Positions 21,063-33,000 of a stretch of DNA of 64,000 nucleotides are shown here, piece by piece. The notes under the pieces were generated by a model. It worked only from the letters and a program-made list of their open reading frames with translations, was not told the DNA's origin and did not search any database. The stretch covers positions 96,001-160,000 of the forward strand of contig CAVVMW010000015.1 of assembly GCA_963749495.1 (NCBI GenBank), given 5' to 3'. The position numbers and the translations under genes were made by a program. Numbering within the stretch: position 1 is the first letter of the stretch; each line of letters begins with the position of its first letter. Source of the DNA: an uncultured bacterium (GTDB lineage: Bacteria; Verrucomicrobiota; Verrucomicrobiia; Limisphaerales; UBA8199).

Positions 21063-24000
21063 CGGTTGGCTTTGGTTCCCAGCATCGCAGCGTCGCTGGC
21101 CGCGCCGCTCCCGACGATGGCTGCCACATTTACGATGACACCCTCATCGGCATCCACGACACGAACTTCGACGGCCAGGACATCGTTGTGGGCAAATGTA
21201 CGCTCACGGTTGACGGGCCGCACGCCTTCGCGAGCCTTCACATCCTCGCGGGCGGGGCCTTGACCCATTCATTCTCCACCAACGGCCTGCTGAACGATCT
21301 TCTGACCGTGACCGGCGAGCGGCATGTCCTGAGTGCAACCAACCCGCCGGTGCTGGCCCAGCCGGATGTGATAGCAGGCACGATCGTGGTCACCGACCTC
21401 TCCGGCAGCACGAACTACCACCTGGGGACAGATTACCTGGTGCTCTCCAACGGGAACGCCACGAGGATCGGCCTGGCCGCCGGGTCAAGCATCCCGGACG
21501 GCGCCACAATCTCGGTGAGCTACCAAGCCTTCATCGCGTTGGTGCCAACCGGTTTGAACCTCGTGATCACCAATGGTGTCCAGGTCGAGGCCGGGGGCGC
21601 CATCAATGCGGATGGCCGGGGTTACGGCGGCGGGCTTGGGACCGGCGCGGGGACCTCCCGGGCCGTCTCGTCACCCTACGTTGTCATCTCTGGCGGGGGC
21701 GGCGGCTATGGCGGGTTGGGGGGAGCCAGTTCAGGTCTGGCGGGCGGCGGCATGGGTTACGGGTCGATCACAACCCCGACCAACAATGGCAGTGGCGGCG
21801 GCCTGGGGGCGGGACCCGGCGGCCCCGGCGGGGGCACGATCCGCCTGAGCATCGGCGGCCAATTGCAGATGGATGGGCAGATCACGGCCAACGGGGCCGA
21901 TGGCGCCAACCCTCGCTCCGGCGGCGGCTCGGGAGGAAGCATCTGGGTCAGTGCCGCATCTTACTCCGGCGCCGGTTCCATCCTGGCAAATGGCGGCGCG
22001 GGCGAACCTCGGGACGGCGGCGGCGGCGGCGGTGGCCGAATCGCGGCTTATGCCGGCGCCGCGCAGCCCGCCAGCGGTCCGTTTACAGGCACCCTGTCGG
22101 CACGAGGCGGCCCCGGCGCATCCTATGGAGGCGCCGGCACCATTTACACCCAGGGGCCGAGCCACCCGACGGGGTTGGTTCAAGTGGACAACGGCGGCCC
22201 GAAAGGGACGACCCCCCTCAGCACTGGGTCCGGTGGCTTTGAGCTGACTATAGTCGGCGGGGCGGTTGTGGCCTTGAGTTTTGCGGGCGGTCCACCACTG
22301 GGACTGAATAATGTCCTGATTGGCACGAACGGCTGGCTCTCGGGCGTGTCCGCGGGCTTGAATCCCGGCCTGGTGGCGGTGGCCGTCCTGGGCAACATGA
22401 CTATTGAGGCCGGCGGAGGCATCGTCACCGATGGCCAAGGCTATGGCGCCGGGGCCGGTTCTGGCGTCGGCGGCAGCCACCTTTCCACCACGAATGGCTC
22501 GGGCGGTGGCGGTGGGCACGGAGGATTTGGCGGCACCGGCGTCGGTGGCGCCGCCGGCGGCGGGGTTTATGGATCGGTCAGCATCCCTGAGGAGCCAGGC
22601 AGCAGCGGTGGCTCCGGGCGTCTGGGGCTGCACGGCGGCGCCGGGGGCGGAGCGGTCGTGCTGACGGTGAACGGGTTGCTGGCGCTGGACGGCACGGTCA
22701 GCGCCAACGGCACCGCCGGAACTAACCCTGGCGATGGCGGCGGGGCCGGAGGAAGCGTCTGGCTGACCGTCGGCTCGCTCTCGGGCGCGGGGGTGGTTGC
22801 CGCCAACGGCGGGCCGGGACAGTTGCCGTTTGGCGGCGGCGGCGGCGGCGGTCGAGTCGCTGTCTATTATGGAACCAACTCGTTTGCGGGCAGCCTGTCG
22901 GCCCACGGTGGCCAGGGAGCGGCTGGCGGCGGGGCTGGGACGATTTACACGAAGGACAAAGCCGCGGTGGCCGCCCGGCTTCTGGTGGATAACGGTGGCT
23001 TGCCAGCCCCGACCATCACGCCCTTGTCTCCGGTGCCGGCCCCATTTGACCTGGCCATTGTTGGCGGCGCAAAGGCCGATCCATCCGCTATCAGCACATC
23101 CCCGATGAGCAGCCTGGAGATCGGTTCCAATAGCTGGCTCACCGTCACTCACAATCAACTCTTCCAGGCAAATGCACTCACCCTCACGGTATCCAGCAAC
23201 GCGACCATCCAGGCCGGTGGAGGCATCGTCCTGGACGGTTTGGGCTATCCCGCCGGCCAGGGAACCGGGGCCGGCCATTCGCAGGGCGACAACTTCCTGT
23301 ACGGCCAAGTAGGCACGGGCGGGGGCTATGGGGGCGTTGGCGGCGCCAGCGCGTATGGCCAGGCCGGGGGCAGTTCCTATGACAGTTATTCGAAACCGCA
23401 GCAACCTGGGAGCGGTGGCGGGAACGGCGGGGGCTTCACGCCGAGCAACTCTGGCGGCGTGGGGGGCGGCGCCTTGCAGATGCGGGTGGGAGGCCGCCTT
23501 GGGCTGGATGGCATCATCTCGGCCGATGGCGCTTCAGGCACTGCCCAAGGCAGTGGCGGTGGCTCAGGCGGCAGCATCAACCTGACCGTGGGGAGCCTGT
23601 CCGGACGCGGCCTGATTTCGGCCAATGGCGGCAGTGGCGATTTGCCGTATGGGGGCGGCGGGGGCGGCGGGCGAATTACCGTGTTTTCGAGCGCAGAAAC
23701 CTCTGCATTCGCGAATTTCACGGGCAGCATGCGGCTCGAGGCGGTGCCGGAGCATCCTACGGCGGCGCAGGGACCATCTTCCTCCAACCAGGCGGTTCCT
23801 TGCCTGGACGGCTGATTATAGAAAACGGCGGTGTGCAAGGCGGCACAACGCCCGTGGTCTTGGCCTCGGTGGGTTCTATTCCGCCCAATTTGACTGTGAG
23901 CGGCGGCGCTGTGGTCTCCGTGCCCTACAGTTCATCGATCGTCAGCATTGCCAACCTCCAAATCGCCCCCAATAGCTGGCTGATCTGATCGAATTCAATA

Positions 24001-27000
24001 ACACAGTTTTTTCCGCCGGCGGTAATAACACAACGAGTTGCCCTGACAATAGTCAGCAACGCCACCATTCAAGCGGGTGGGGGCATCTCTTTGGATGGGC
24101 AAGGCTCCCCGGCGGGAGGAGGTCCGGGGGCCGGCAATAACGGGAACGGCCCGAGTTATCACCCTGGCGGCGGGGGCTACGGGGGCGCCGGGGGCGCCAG
24201 CACATATGGTGTGGGAGGGGGGGGCAAGGCCTACGGTTCGACGGCGGCCCCGGTTGATGCCGGCAGCGGCGGCTGGCCTGGTCCGGAAGAGTCATTTGGT
24301 TCTACCTTTGGCGCCGGAGGTGGAGCGCTCCAGATGACGGTGGGCGGGACGCTTGCCGTGGACGGGAAGCTCATCGCCGACGGCAATCCGGCTTTGGGAG
24401 GCGGCGGCGGCTCGGGCGGCAGCCTCTGGCTTGCGGCCCATTCGTTAACAGGCACAGGTTTGATCTCCGCCAACGGCGGGGCCGCCAATGTCCTAAGCGG
24501 CGGTGGTGGCGGCGGCGGCCGAATCGCTCTTTACTTCAAGACTAACGCGTTCAAAGGCGTCGTCTCAGCCCGCGGCGGGGCGGGCGCCAATTACGGGGGC
24601 GCAGGAACCATTTACCTCCAGGCCTCGAACAGTCCGTCATCTCAAGTCATCGTGGACAACGGCGGCGTGCGCGGATCAGGCAGCCTCCTGTCCCTCACCG
24701 GTGTTTCTCCGCTCAATGTGACGGTGAACGGTCGCGCGCAGGCCTTCCTGGTCACCTCATCTGCTATCAGCAACCTGTCGATCGGGCCGCTCAGCTCGCT
24801 CAGCTACTCCAACCCCGTAGTGCGTGCCCAAATGACCGTCTTGGGCGGCGCGACCATCCAGGTGGGAGGCGCTCTCTCGGTCGATGGCCTTGGCTATCCG
24901 GCTGGCCAAGGCCCGGGGGCGGGCAGCAACCTCCTAATCGCCGGGTTCTTGACCGGTGGCGGCGGCAGCCATGGCGGGTATGGTGATTCCAGCGCATCCG
25001 GAACAACGGGCGGGCCGGCTTACGGCTCCATCTCCTCCCCCTCGGAGAATGGCAGCGGCGGCGGGTATGGGTACAATCAGGGGACCAACAGCGGCGGCGC
25101 GGGCGGAGGCACCCTCCGCCTTACCGTCAGCGGCGCGCTCGCTTTGGACGGCAGTCTCAGCGCCAACGGAGCCGACGCCCTCGGACAAGGCGGCGGCGGC
25201 GGGGCCGGCGGCAGTCTCTCGGTGACTGTGGAGAGACTCTCGGGGTCTGGCGTCATCTCCGCCAATGGCGGCGCCGGCGATGTGCCCAACGGCGGGGGCG
25301 GCGGCGGCGGGCGCATCGCCCTCTACTGCCCGACCAACTTGTTCACGGGCACGATCGCGGCCCATGGGGGACCAGGGGCAACCTATGGTGGCGCAGGAAC
25401 GGTGTATCTCGGCAGGCCGGCCTCGACCCCGCCACGGTGCCCAAACTGCTGGTCGAGAACGGTGGCTGGGCAGGAGCCAGCACGCCGCTTGGCAGCCTGC
25501 GGAGTGTTGATCTCACCATCGGGGCCGGGGCCATGGCTACCGCGTCCAACAGCTCGATTCACAGCCTGCTCATAAACTCCAGTGGCTGGCTGAGCCAGGC
25601 GCCGCTCGGTTATGAGGGCCAGGTTGCTGGGCAGGCACTCCAGTTGACCGTCACTGGTGATGCGGCCATTCAGGCCGGGTCAGGCATCACGTTGGAGGGC
25701 ACAGGTTGGCGCCGGCCAGGGACCGGGCCGCGGTTCTTACAGCCAGAACAGCGGTGGCATCGGCAGTGGCGGCGGTTACGGCGGCCTCGGTGGGGCCGGC
25801 CTGACCAATTCGCCGGGCGGCACCTCTTACGGTTCGCTGTTGCAGCCGGCTGACCTCGGCAGCGGCGGCGGCACTTATCTCCCCGGAAATGGCGTCCCCG
25901 GCAGCGTCGGCGGCGGCGCGCTCCAACTCAAGGTGGCCGGGAGCCTGGTGCTCAACGGCAGGGTCTCGGCGGACGGGGGTGGCGCTGTCTATGAAGGCCT
26001 CGGCGGCGGCTCCGGCGGCAGCCTGTGGCTCTCGGCCGGGACCCTCTCCGGCAACGGGGTGATCTCCGCTGACGGCGGCCCCGACGACCTCCTCCAAGGC
26101 GGCGGCGGAGGCGGAGGACGCATCGCGGTCTATTTCGGCGCGAACAGGTTCACCGGCAGCCTCTCGGCCCACGGGGGTGAGGGCGCCAATGCCGGGGCCG
26201 CCGGCACGATTTACACCCGCGCCACCGCTGCGCCGTCGGGTGACCTGGCAGTGGACAATGCCGGCTTGAGCGGAGCGGACACGCCGCTCTCCACCCCTGA
26301 GACATTCAACCTCACCGTTTCCGGCGGGGCCGTGGCCTATCCGTTGCCCTCGGCCCCCGCTCTCCTGGTGTCGAATTTGCTCGTGGATTCCGGGGGAGCG
26401 TTAACTTGTTTGATTGGCCAATCCAATTTGGACCTGACGGTGCTGGGCAGTGCCATTGTCGGCTCCAACGGTTGGCTCTCAGTCGATGGCAAAGGCTACA
26501 GCGGCACCAACGGCGGACCTGGCGCCGGCCTGATGACTGGCAACTACGCCGGCAGCGGTGCCGGCTACGGCGGGGCGGGCGGCGCCAGCCTGCGCGGCAC
26601 GCCCGGCGGCGCCACTTATGGCTCGGCCCAGCAACCCGTGGACTGGGGCAGCCGGGGCGGAGTCAACCCCAGCTACACCAATTTCTGTCAAGGCGGGGGC
26701 GCTATTCGGTTGCGAGTCGGCGGCCCGCTCACCGTCAACGGCAGACTCACCGCCAACGGCAACGCGGCACTGTTCGAGGGCGCGGGGGGCGGCGCCGGCG
26801 GCAGCATTTGGGTGACCGCCAGCCAGTTCAACGGCTCCGGCCTCATCGCCGCCAAGGGCGGGTCGGGCGATCCCAATGAAGGCGGCGGGGGCGGGGGCGG
26901 ACGGATAGCCCTCTATTGCCGCACCAACAGTTTCGCCGGGGTCATCGCCGTGCTCGGTGGACCGGGAGCGTTTCCGGGTGTGAATGGAACGGTGTTCCTG

Positions 27001-27270
27001 GGTTCCTTCGTCGCGTCTCGGACCGTCCTGGCGCAATCGCCGATGGTTACCCCCGCCGCCCTGGCGCTCAGCGCCCAAGTCCAGGGACCCAACCTCCTTC
27101 TGGCCTGGCAGGGCACCGCTGGCGCCACTCATCGGTTGCTCTGGTCCTCCAACCTCGTGGATTGGCTGCCTTGCGGCCCGCCTCTCGTCGGCACCAATGG
27201 CCCCATGAGCCTCACTGTGCCTGTCGGCACCGAGCCCGGGAAGTTCTTCCGCTTCAGCACCAGCCAGTGA
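21060..27270 (+). CDS. Giant (~2070 codons) secreted Gly-rich repeat protein with 7 tandem modules; frameshifts at ~21133, ~23737, ~25435, ~25703 and an in-frame TGA at 23986
   Basis: Signal peptide MRLALVPSIAASLAAPLPTMA; recurring module I..DG.G..G.G.G...GGG.GG.GG...YGS...P...GSGGG...GGGA..L.V.G.L..DG...A.G...GGSGGS.W...GGGGGRIA...GAGT.Y...VDNGG; ends WSSNLVDW...KFFRF. Confidence 0.85.
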
Positions 27271-27455
27271 CCCGCCTGACGGGAAGACAAACATATCCTT
27301 GGCTTTCAGGCCAAACGCCGGACTCATACCAGCATAAGAAGAATTCTGTCTCACACACTGGATCGGGGCAAGCGGACGGGCAGAGGGAGAATTCTCCGCA
27401 GCGGCCCGAGGAACCATAGACGCGCGGAAGTTCAAGAGACTGCCGAAGCCTCTGC

Positions 27456-27495
27456 CTCTCCCCTTCCAAAAGGGGAGAGGGCCGGGGTGAGGGGT
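27456..27495. repeat. REP-like element (CCTCTCCCC..GGGGAGAGGGCCGGGGTGAGGGG) between convergent genes
   Basis: Inverted repeat read directly. Confidence 0.65.
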
Positions 27496-27517
27496 CCGCC
27501 GCTTGACGTTGCCGCCT

Positions 27518-28847
27518 TCACTGAGTCCCTACCCGGTAGAAGCGATAGCGGCTTGCGGCAGCTTGCGGATCGGTGATCCTCACCCGGCCACCGGGGCTGT
27601 TGGTCGCCAGCAGCGTGGTCCAACTGCCAGCCGGCAAAGTGGTGGAGGTACTCGACCGTGAAGGTCTGCCCCGGCGGGGAAGCCACGTCGAATGAGAACG
27701 TGCCGGCCGACCAGGCCGCGTTGGTGAGAACCAGCGTGCCGGTGGCGCCGCCGCCCGTGGTGGTCACCGTGAAACGAGTGAGCGTCGCGCGGAAAGCCAC
27801 GGTCGCATCCGTGGCGTTGGTCGAGCCGAGGACATTGTCGAAAGTCAGTGTGGCGGAATAGTTGGAGCCGGCTTGCAGGGTGCCGGCGGGGATTAGGGCG
27901 GACGTAGCCGTGGCTGGAAATCCATTGCTAAAAAGCATCTGGCCAGTGTGTGGATTGGAGATTTCGAGGCCAATGGAGGCAGTCGCTGCCGACGCCACAA
28001 AGGCGTCCCAATCGAGTGTGAACGGCTGGGTGGCGTCCACCGCCTGGGCGGCGGTGAAATTGGCCGCGTGGGGGACGCTGGGCTGCGTGAGGCTGGCCGG
28101 CAGGGTCACGGTCCTGGTTTGATTCGAGACAGCCGCCTGGACGTTGAAGAGGTAATCGCCGCTGGGATAGGCGGCCTGGAAGGAGGCCAGGTTCGTGCCG
28201 AACTCGAGCAGGTTGAAGTCCTCCGGCTTCGTCGGAATGCTTTGGAGGTTGGTGACGGCGCCCGTGGGCAGCGTGAGGCTAATGCTCGTGGCGGTGCGGT
28301 TGGAGGCGAGGGTGGTGAGGGCTTCGAAGGAGTAGCTGATTTCCGGATCAGGGGTGGGCGCACCGCTCCCGGCCTGGTCAAAGAACCAAAGCGTGCCGAC
28401 GCCAAAGGTGGTGATCTTGTTGGTCCCCGAACCGCCGCCGCCACCGCTGCTGCCAGTGGTGAACATGCCCGAGCTGGGCTGAAAGAGCGAATTGCCCGCC
28501 ACGTCCTGGCCCGACACGATCCAAAAAACCATGTCGTTGTTCGGGAATGGCGGTGTGGGCGTGTTCGTCATCCGAGTGCCATCGGTACTCCAGGACGCCG
28601 TGGCCGCCGGACTGCTTCCGGAGGTGTCGAAGAACTGGGCCGTGGTGAGGCTCGTGTCCATCGCCGTGCTGAAGGTGAAGACGACCGGCGCGCTCGGCGA
28701 AACGCCCGTGGCGGCATTGGCCGGGATGGTGGAGACGATGCTGGGCTGCGCCAGCGCCGCCGACAGCGGCGCCAGTCCCCCAACCAACACCAGGGCCAGG
28801 GCCGCGCGCCAGGCACGGTCGCGATGAGCAAGGAATTTCATGTTCAT
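27518..28847 (-). CDS. Secreted Ig-like (Big_5-type) domain protein, frameshift ~27647
   Basis: Signal peptide; PSIVSTIPANAATGV..VVFTFSTAMD; removing one C gives the C-terminus VEYSTTLPAGSWTTL..TDP..YRFYRVGTQ*. Confidence 0.8.
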
Positions 28848-28970
28848 ATTGTCAAACGTGAGTGCTTTCCAGTCAACTCGATTTGTTCACATGGCGGCCC
28901 ACGCATCTCGACAGTGTTAATGCCCACCTCCACGGCAAGACCAGCCGATTGTCGCGTTTCCGAAATTGGC

Positions 28971-29135
28971 GTGAAACACTCGATCTTCCTCTGCTGCGGG
29001 CTGGCCCTGACGCCAGCGCCCTTGAGCCTCTCCGCCGCAACCCTCACCAACGTCCCCGTGCAAGGCGCCATGATCATGGCCATGGCCAGTTGCCACGCGG
29101 ACAACCGGTTCTTCCGCCTCCGCCGCGTGCAATGA
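28971..29135 (+). pseudogene. Short secreted peptide or internally deleted secreted-protein gene
   Basis: Signal peptide [22 protein letters not shown] plus [12 protein letters not shown].., joined directly to an [10 protein letters not shown] terminus. Confidence 0.45.
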
Positions 29136-29440
29136 AAACTCAACGCTTGTTCGTCGCCGCAGGACCAACGCCCCGGAGCGCGTCTCCGGGCCTGCGGCGA
29201 CGGGGCCACGGGCCGGGAAAACTCCCGGCCTTCACGCTCAACGAATTGCTCGTCGTCATCGCCATTATCGCGCTGCTGGCGGCGATGCTCTTGCCGGCGC
29301 TCGCAAAGGCCAAGGAGTGGGCGCGCTCGGCCAAGTGCCTGGCCCAGTTGCGCCAGATCGGGCTGGGCGTCCGGCTCTACGCCGATGCCAACGGGGCACA
29401 GAATCTCTTACGCATTGACAGGCCCTTCGGTGCGCACTAG
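29132..29440 (+). pseudogene. Truncated prepilin-type N-methylation (DUF1559-like) protein
   Basis: [53 protein letters not shown]; stops ~20 codons later without the usual C-terminal half. Confidence 0.8.
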
Positions 29441-29443
29441 TCT
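29415..29443 (+). promoter_or_regulatory. Sigma70-type promoter for the aspartic protease gene
   Basis: TTGACA-N17-TAGTCT, ATG 10 nt downstream. Confidence 0.55.
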
Positions 29444-29453
29444 AGATCGTGTC

Positions 29454-29837
29454 ATGGGCCACACGCACATCACCGTCTCAGTCTCGAACCTGCAGAGGTC
29501 CAATCCGCCCTACACGGCCTCGTTCCTCGTAGATACGGGCGCGATAGTCTGTCTTGCGCCGGGCAACCTGCTGCGGGAAGCCGGAATCGAGCCGGAAGGA
29601 CGGGAGGCCTACGAACTGGCGAACGGCACGCCGGTCGAATACGACTATGGCTTCGCGCGGCTCAGCTTCATGGGCTCGGATACGGTCACCAAGATCATCT
29701 TCGGCCCAGCCGGGGTCGAACCCCTGCTCGGCGTTACGGCGTTGGAGAGCGTGGGCATCGGTGTCAACCCGGTCACGCAAACCCTCAAGCGCTACGCGGC
29801 GCTCCCCCTGAAGGCCAACGGGCGCATCACGCGGTGA
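29454..29837 (+). CDS. Clan AA (retropepsin-like) aspartic protease, single domain
   Basis: FLVDTGA catalytic motif, ELANG flap, PLLGVTALE. Confidence 0.9.
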   Translation: MGHTHITVSVSNLQRSNPPYTASFLVDTGAIVCLAPGNLLREAGIEPEGREAYELANGTPVEYDYGFARLSFMGSDTVTKIIFGPAGVEPLLGVTALESVGIGVNPVTQTLKRYAALPLKANGRITR

Positions 29838-29981
29838 GGCGCCGAGTCTCCAGATAACTTACTTTGAATGACTTTGGTGCCGCTGGAAGCAAAAATGGGT
29901 CCCGAGAGTCCGCGGTAATCTGCCCAGACGAACGTGCCGTCGTGGTTGGCTTGCGCGCGATTCCCGGCGGCGAAGCCCCAG

Positions 29982-30038
29982 ACGCCTCGTCCGCGCGTTT
30001 CTGGTTGCGGCGCACGCGCGGACGAGGCGTCCGCGCTC
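29982..30038. repeat. REP-like hairpin between convergent genes
   Basis: GACGCCTCGTCCGCGCGT...ACGCGCGGACGAGGCGTC. Confidence 0.75.
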
Positions 30039-30073
30039 GTATGCGGCGGTGCTTTTCGGGGCGGCCTGAACAC

Positions 30074-33000
30074 TTATGGCTTGGTTTGGCGCCGGAGCGG
30101 TCGAGAGCGCCAGAGGAAGAAGATGGCGGGATAGACCAGCAGTTCCATGATGGTGGAGGTGATGACGCCGCCAATCATGGGAGTGGCGATGCGCTTCATC
30201 ACATCGGCGCCGGTGCCGTGGCTCCACAAGATGGGCGCCAGGCCGCCAATGATGACGCTGGCCGTCATGGCCTTGGGCCGCACCCGTTTGACGGCGCCGT
30301 GGTAAATGGCGTCACGCAGGTCCGTGAGGTTTCTCATCAGCCCTTTCTTCTGCCAGTCAGCGTAAGCCAGGTCCAGATAGAGCAACATCACGACACCGGT
30401 CTCGGCATCGAGTCCGGCCAGGGCGATGATGCCGACCCACACGGCCACGCTCAGGTTGTAGTGGAGCAGGGCCAGCACGCCGATGGCGCCCACCAGCGAG
30501 AAGGGCACGGCCAGCATGACAATGGCGGTTTTGATGGCCGAACGCGTGTTGAGGTAGAGGATCAGGATGATGACCAGCAGCGTGAGCGGCACGACGAGCA
30601 TCAAACGCTGGCTTGCCCGGAGCATGTATTCGTATTGGCCGCTCCAGAGGATGTTGTAGCCGCTGGGCAGCTTGATCGTGCCGTTGGCGACGGCCTCATT
30701 GACGGCGCGCATGGCCATCTGCACGTAGGTGCCGATGTCAATGCCTTTCACATCCACGTAAATCCAGGCATTGGGAACGGCGGCTTCGCTCTTGATGCCC
30801 ATGGGGGCGTGGACGGTTTCTATTTGGGCCAACTGTCCGAGAGGGACCTGCGCACCGGTAGGGGTGGGGATGATGATTTCACGCAAGGCGCCGAGGCTTT
30901 CGCGGAAATCACGGCTGTAACGGAGGTTGACGGCGTAGCGCTCCAGTCCCTCGACGGTAGTGGTCAAGGGCATGCCGCCCAGGGCCACTTCCAGCACGTC
31001 CTGCACGTCGCCTACCGTGAGGCCGTAGCGAGCGATGGCATCACGGTCGATGTTGAACTGGATGTAGTTGCCGCCCATTGTGCGCTCGGCCAAGGTGCTC
31101 AACGTGCCCGGCACGCCCTTGGCCACCGCCTCGATCTCGATGGCCACCCGCTCCAGTTGCGCGAGGTCCGGCCCCGAGACCTTGATGCCGACGGGCGTTT
31201 TGATGCCGGTGGCGAGCATGTCAATGCGCGTCCGGATGGGCATGGTCCAGGCATTGGCCAGGCCGGGGATTTGCACGGCGGCGTTGAGCGCATCTTCCAA
31301 CTCGTCAGGCGTGCGCCGGCGACGGGCGAGAACCTTGCCGGCGTCGTCCTTGATCTCCACAGTCGGCCATTGCTCCTCGGGCTTGAGCATGATCGTGGTC
31401 TCGATCATGTCGAAGGGAGCGGGGTCGGTCGCCGTTTCGGCGCGGCCGACCTTGCCGAAGACCTGCTGCACTTCCGGGAACCGCCGGATGATGCGGTCGG
31501 TGGTTTGGAGAATTTCGCGCGCCTTGGTGGGCGAGATGCCGGGGAAGGTGGTCGGCATGTAGAGCAGGTCGCCCTCGTAAAGCGGGGGCATGAACTCCGA
31601 ACCGATATTCTGAAAGGGGAAGAACCTGCCGACGCTGAAGGCCCACTGCTTGGCCTTGCCATCCGGCAGGAGTTGGGCGGCCAGCTTGTTCCAGGGAAAG
31701 AACACCCAGGCGACGAGCGCGGCGGCCAGGAAGACCACCAGCCAGCGCCATTGGATGACAAAATTGATGGCCGGATGGTAAAGCCAGTGGAGCAAGCGGT
31801 TAATGGGGTTCTTCTCCTCGGGCGGGATTTTGCCGCGAATGAAGAAGCCCATCAACACCGGCGCCAGCGTAATGGAGAGGATGGCGGCTGCCGCCATGGA
31901 GTAGGTCTTGGTGAAGGCCAGCGGCTTGAATAATCGCCCCTCCTGGGCCTGCAGGGTGAACACCGGCAAGAACGACACGGTAATGACCAGCAGCGAGTAG
32001 AACAGCGCCGGGCCGACCTCGATCGAGGCGTCGCGAATGATGTCCCAATGCGGTTTGCTGCCCTGGTCGCGCTCCAGATGCTTGTGAGCGTTCTCGATCA
32101 TGATGATGACGGCATCAACCATGGCCCCGATGGCGATGGCGATGCCGCCCAGGGACATGATGTTGGAGCTGATGCCCTGGCCGAACATGACCAGGAAGGA
32201 AATCAGGACCGCCGTGGGCAGAATGACGATCGCCACAAGCGCACTGCGCAGGTGCAGGAGAAAGGCCAGGCACACCAGGGCCACCACAATGCTCTCTTCC
32301 AGGAGTTTCTCTTCGAGGGTGTTGACGGCGCGCTGGATGAGAGCGGTGCGGTCATAGACAATCTGGCAGGTGACATCCGCCGGCAGGCCCTTCATGGCCG
32401 CATCGAGCCTCTTTTTCACGTCCAGGATCACCTGGCGGGCATTGGCCCCGTAGCGCACCACCACGATCCCGCCGACCGTTTCGCCCTCCCCGTTGAGCTC
32501 GGCGATGCCCCGGCGCATGTCCGGTCCGAACTCGACATTGGCCACCTGGCGCAGCAGTATCGGCACTCCCTTGGCGCCCACGCCCAGGGCCACGCTGCGC
32601 AGGTCCTCCAGGCCCTCGATGTAGCCGCGCACCCGCAGCATGAACTCCTTCTCCGAAAGTTCGATGGAACGGCCGCCCACCTCGCCGTTGCTCCGCTGGA
32701 CTGCCCGCGCCACGTCCGAAATCGAGAGATTGAAGGCGCGCAGCTTGGCGGGATCAACCGTCACCTGGTATTGCTTGACGAAGCCGCCCACGGAGGCGAC
32801 TTCCGAGACCCCTTCGACCGAGGCCAATTGGTAGCGCAAATACCAGTCCTGCATCGAGCGCAGTTCGGCCAGGTCGCGGTTGGTGGAATTGATCGAGTAC
32901 ATGAAGGCCCAGCCGACGCCCGTGGCATCCGGACCGAGCGTGGGGGTGACATTCCTGGGCAACTGCGAGGCCAGACCGCTCAGATACTCCAGCACCCGGC

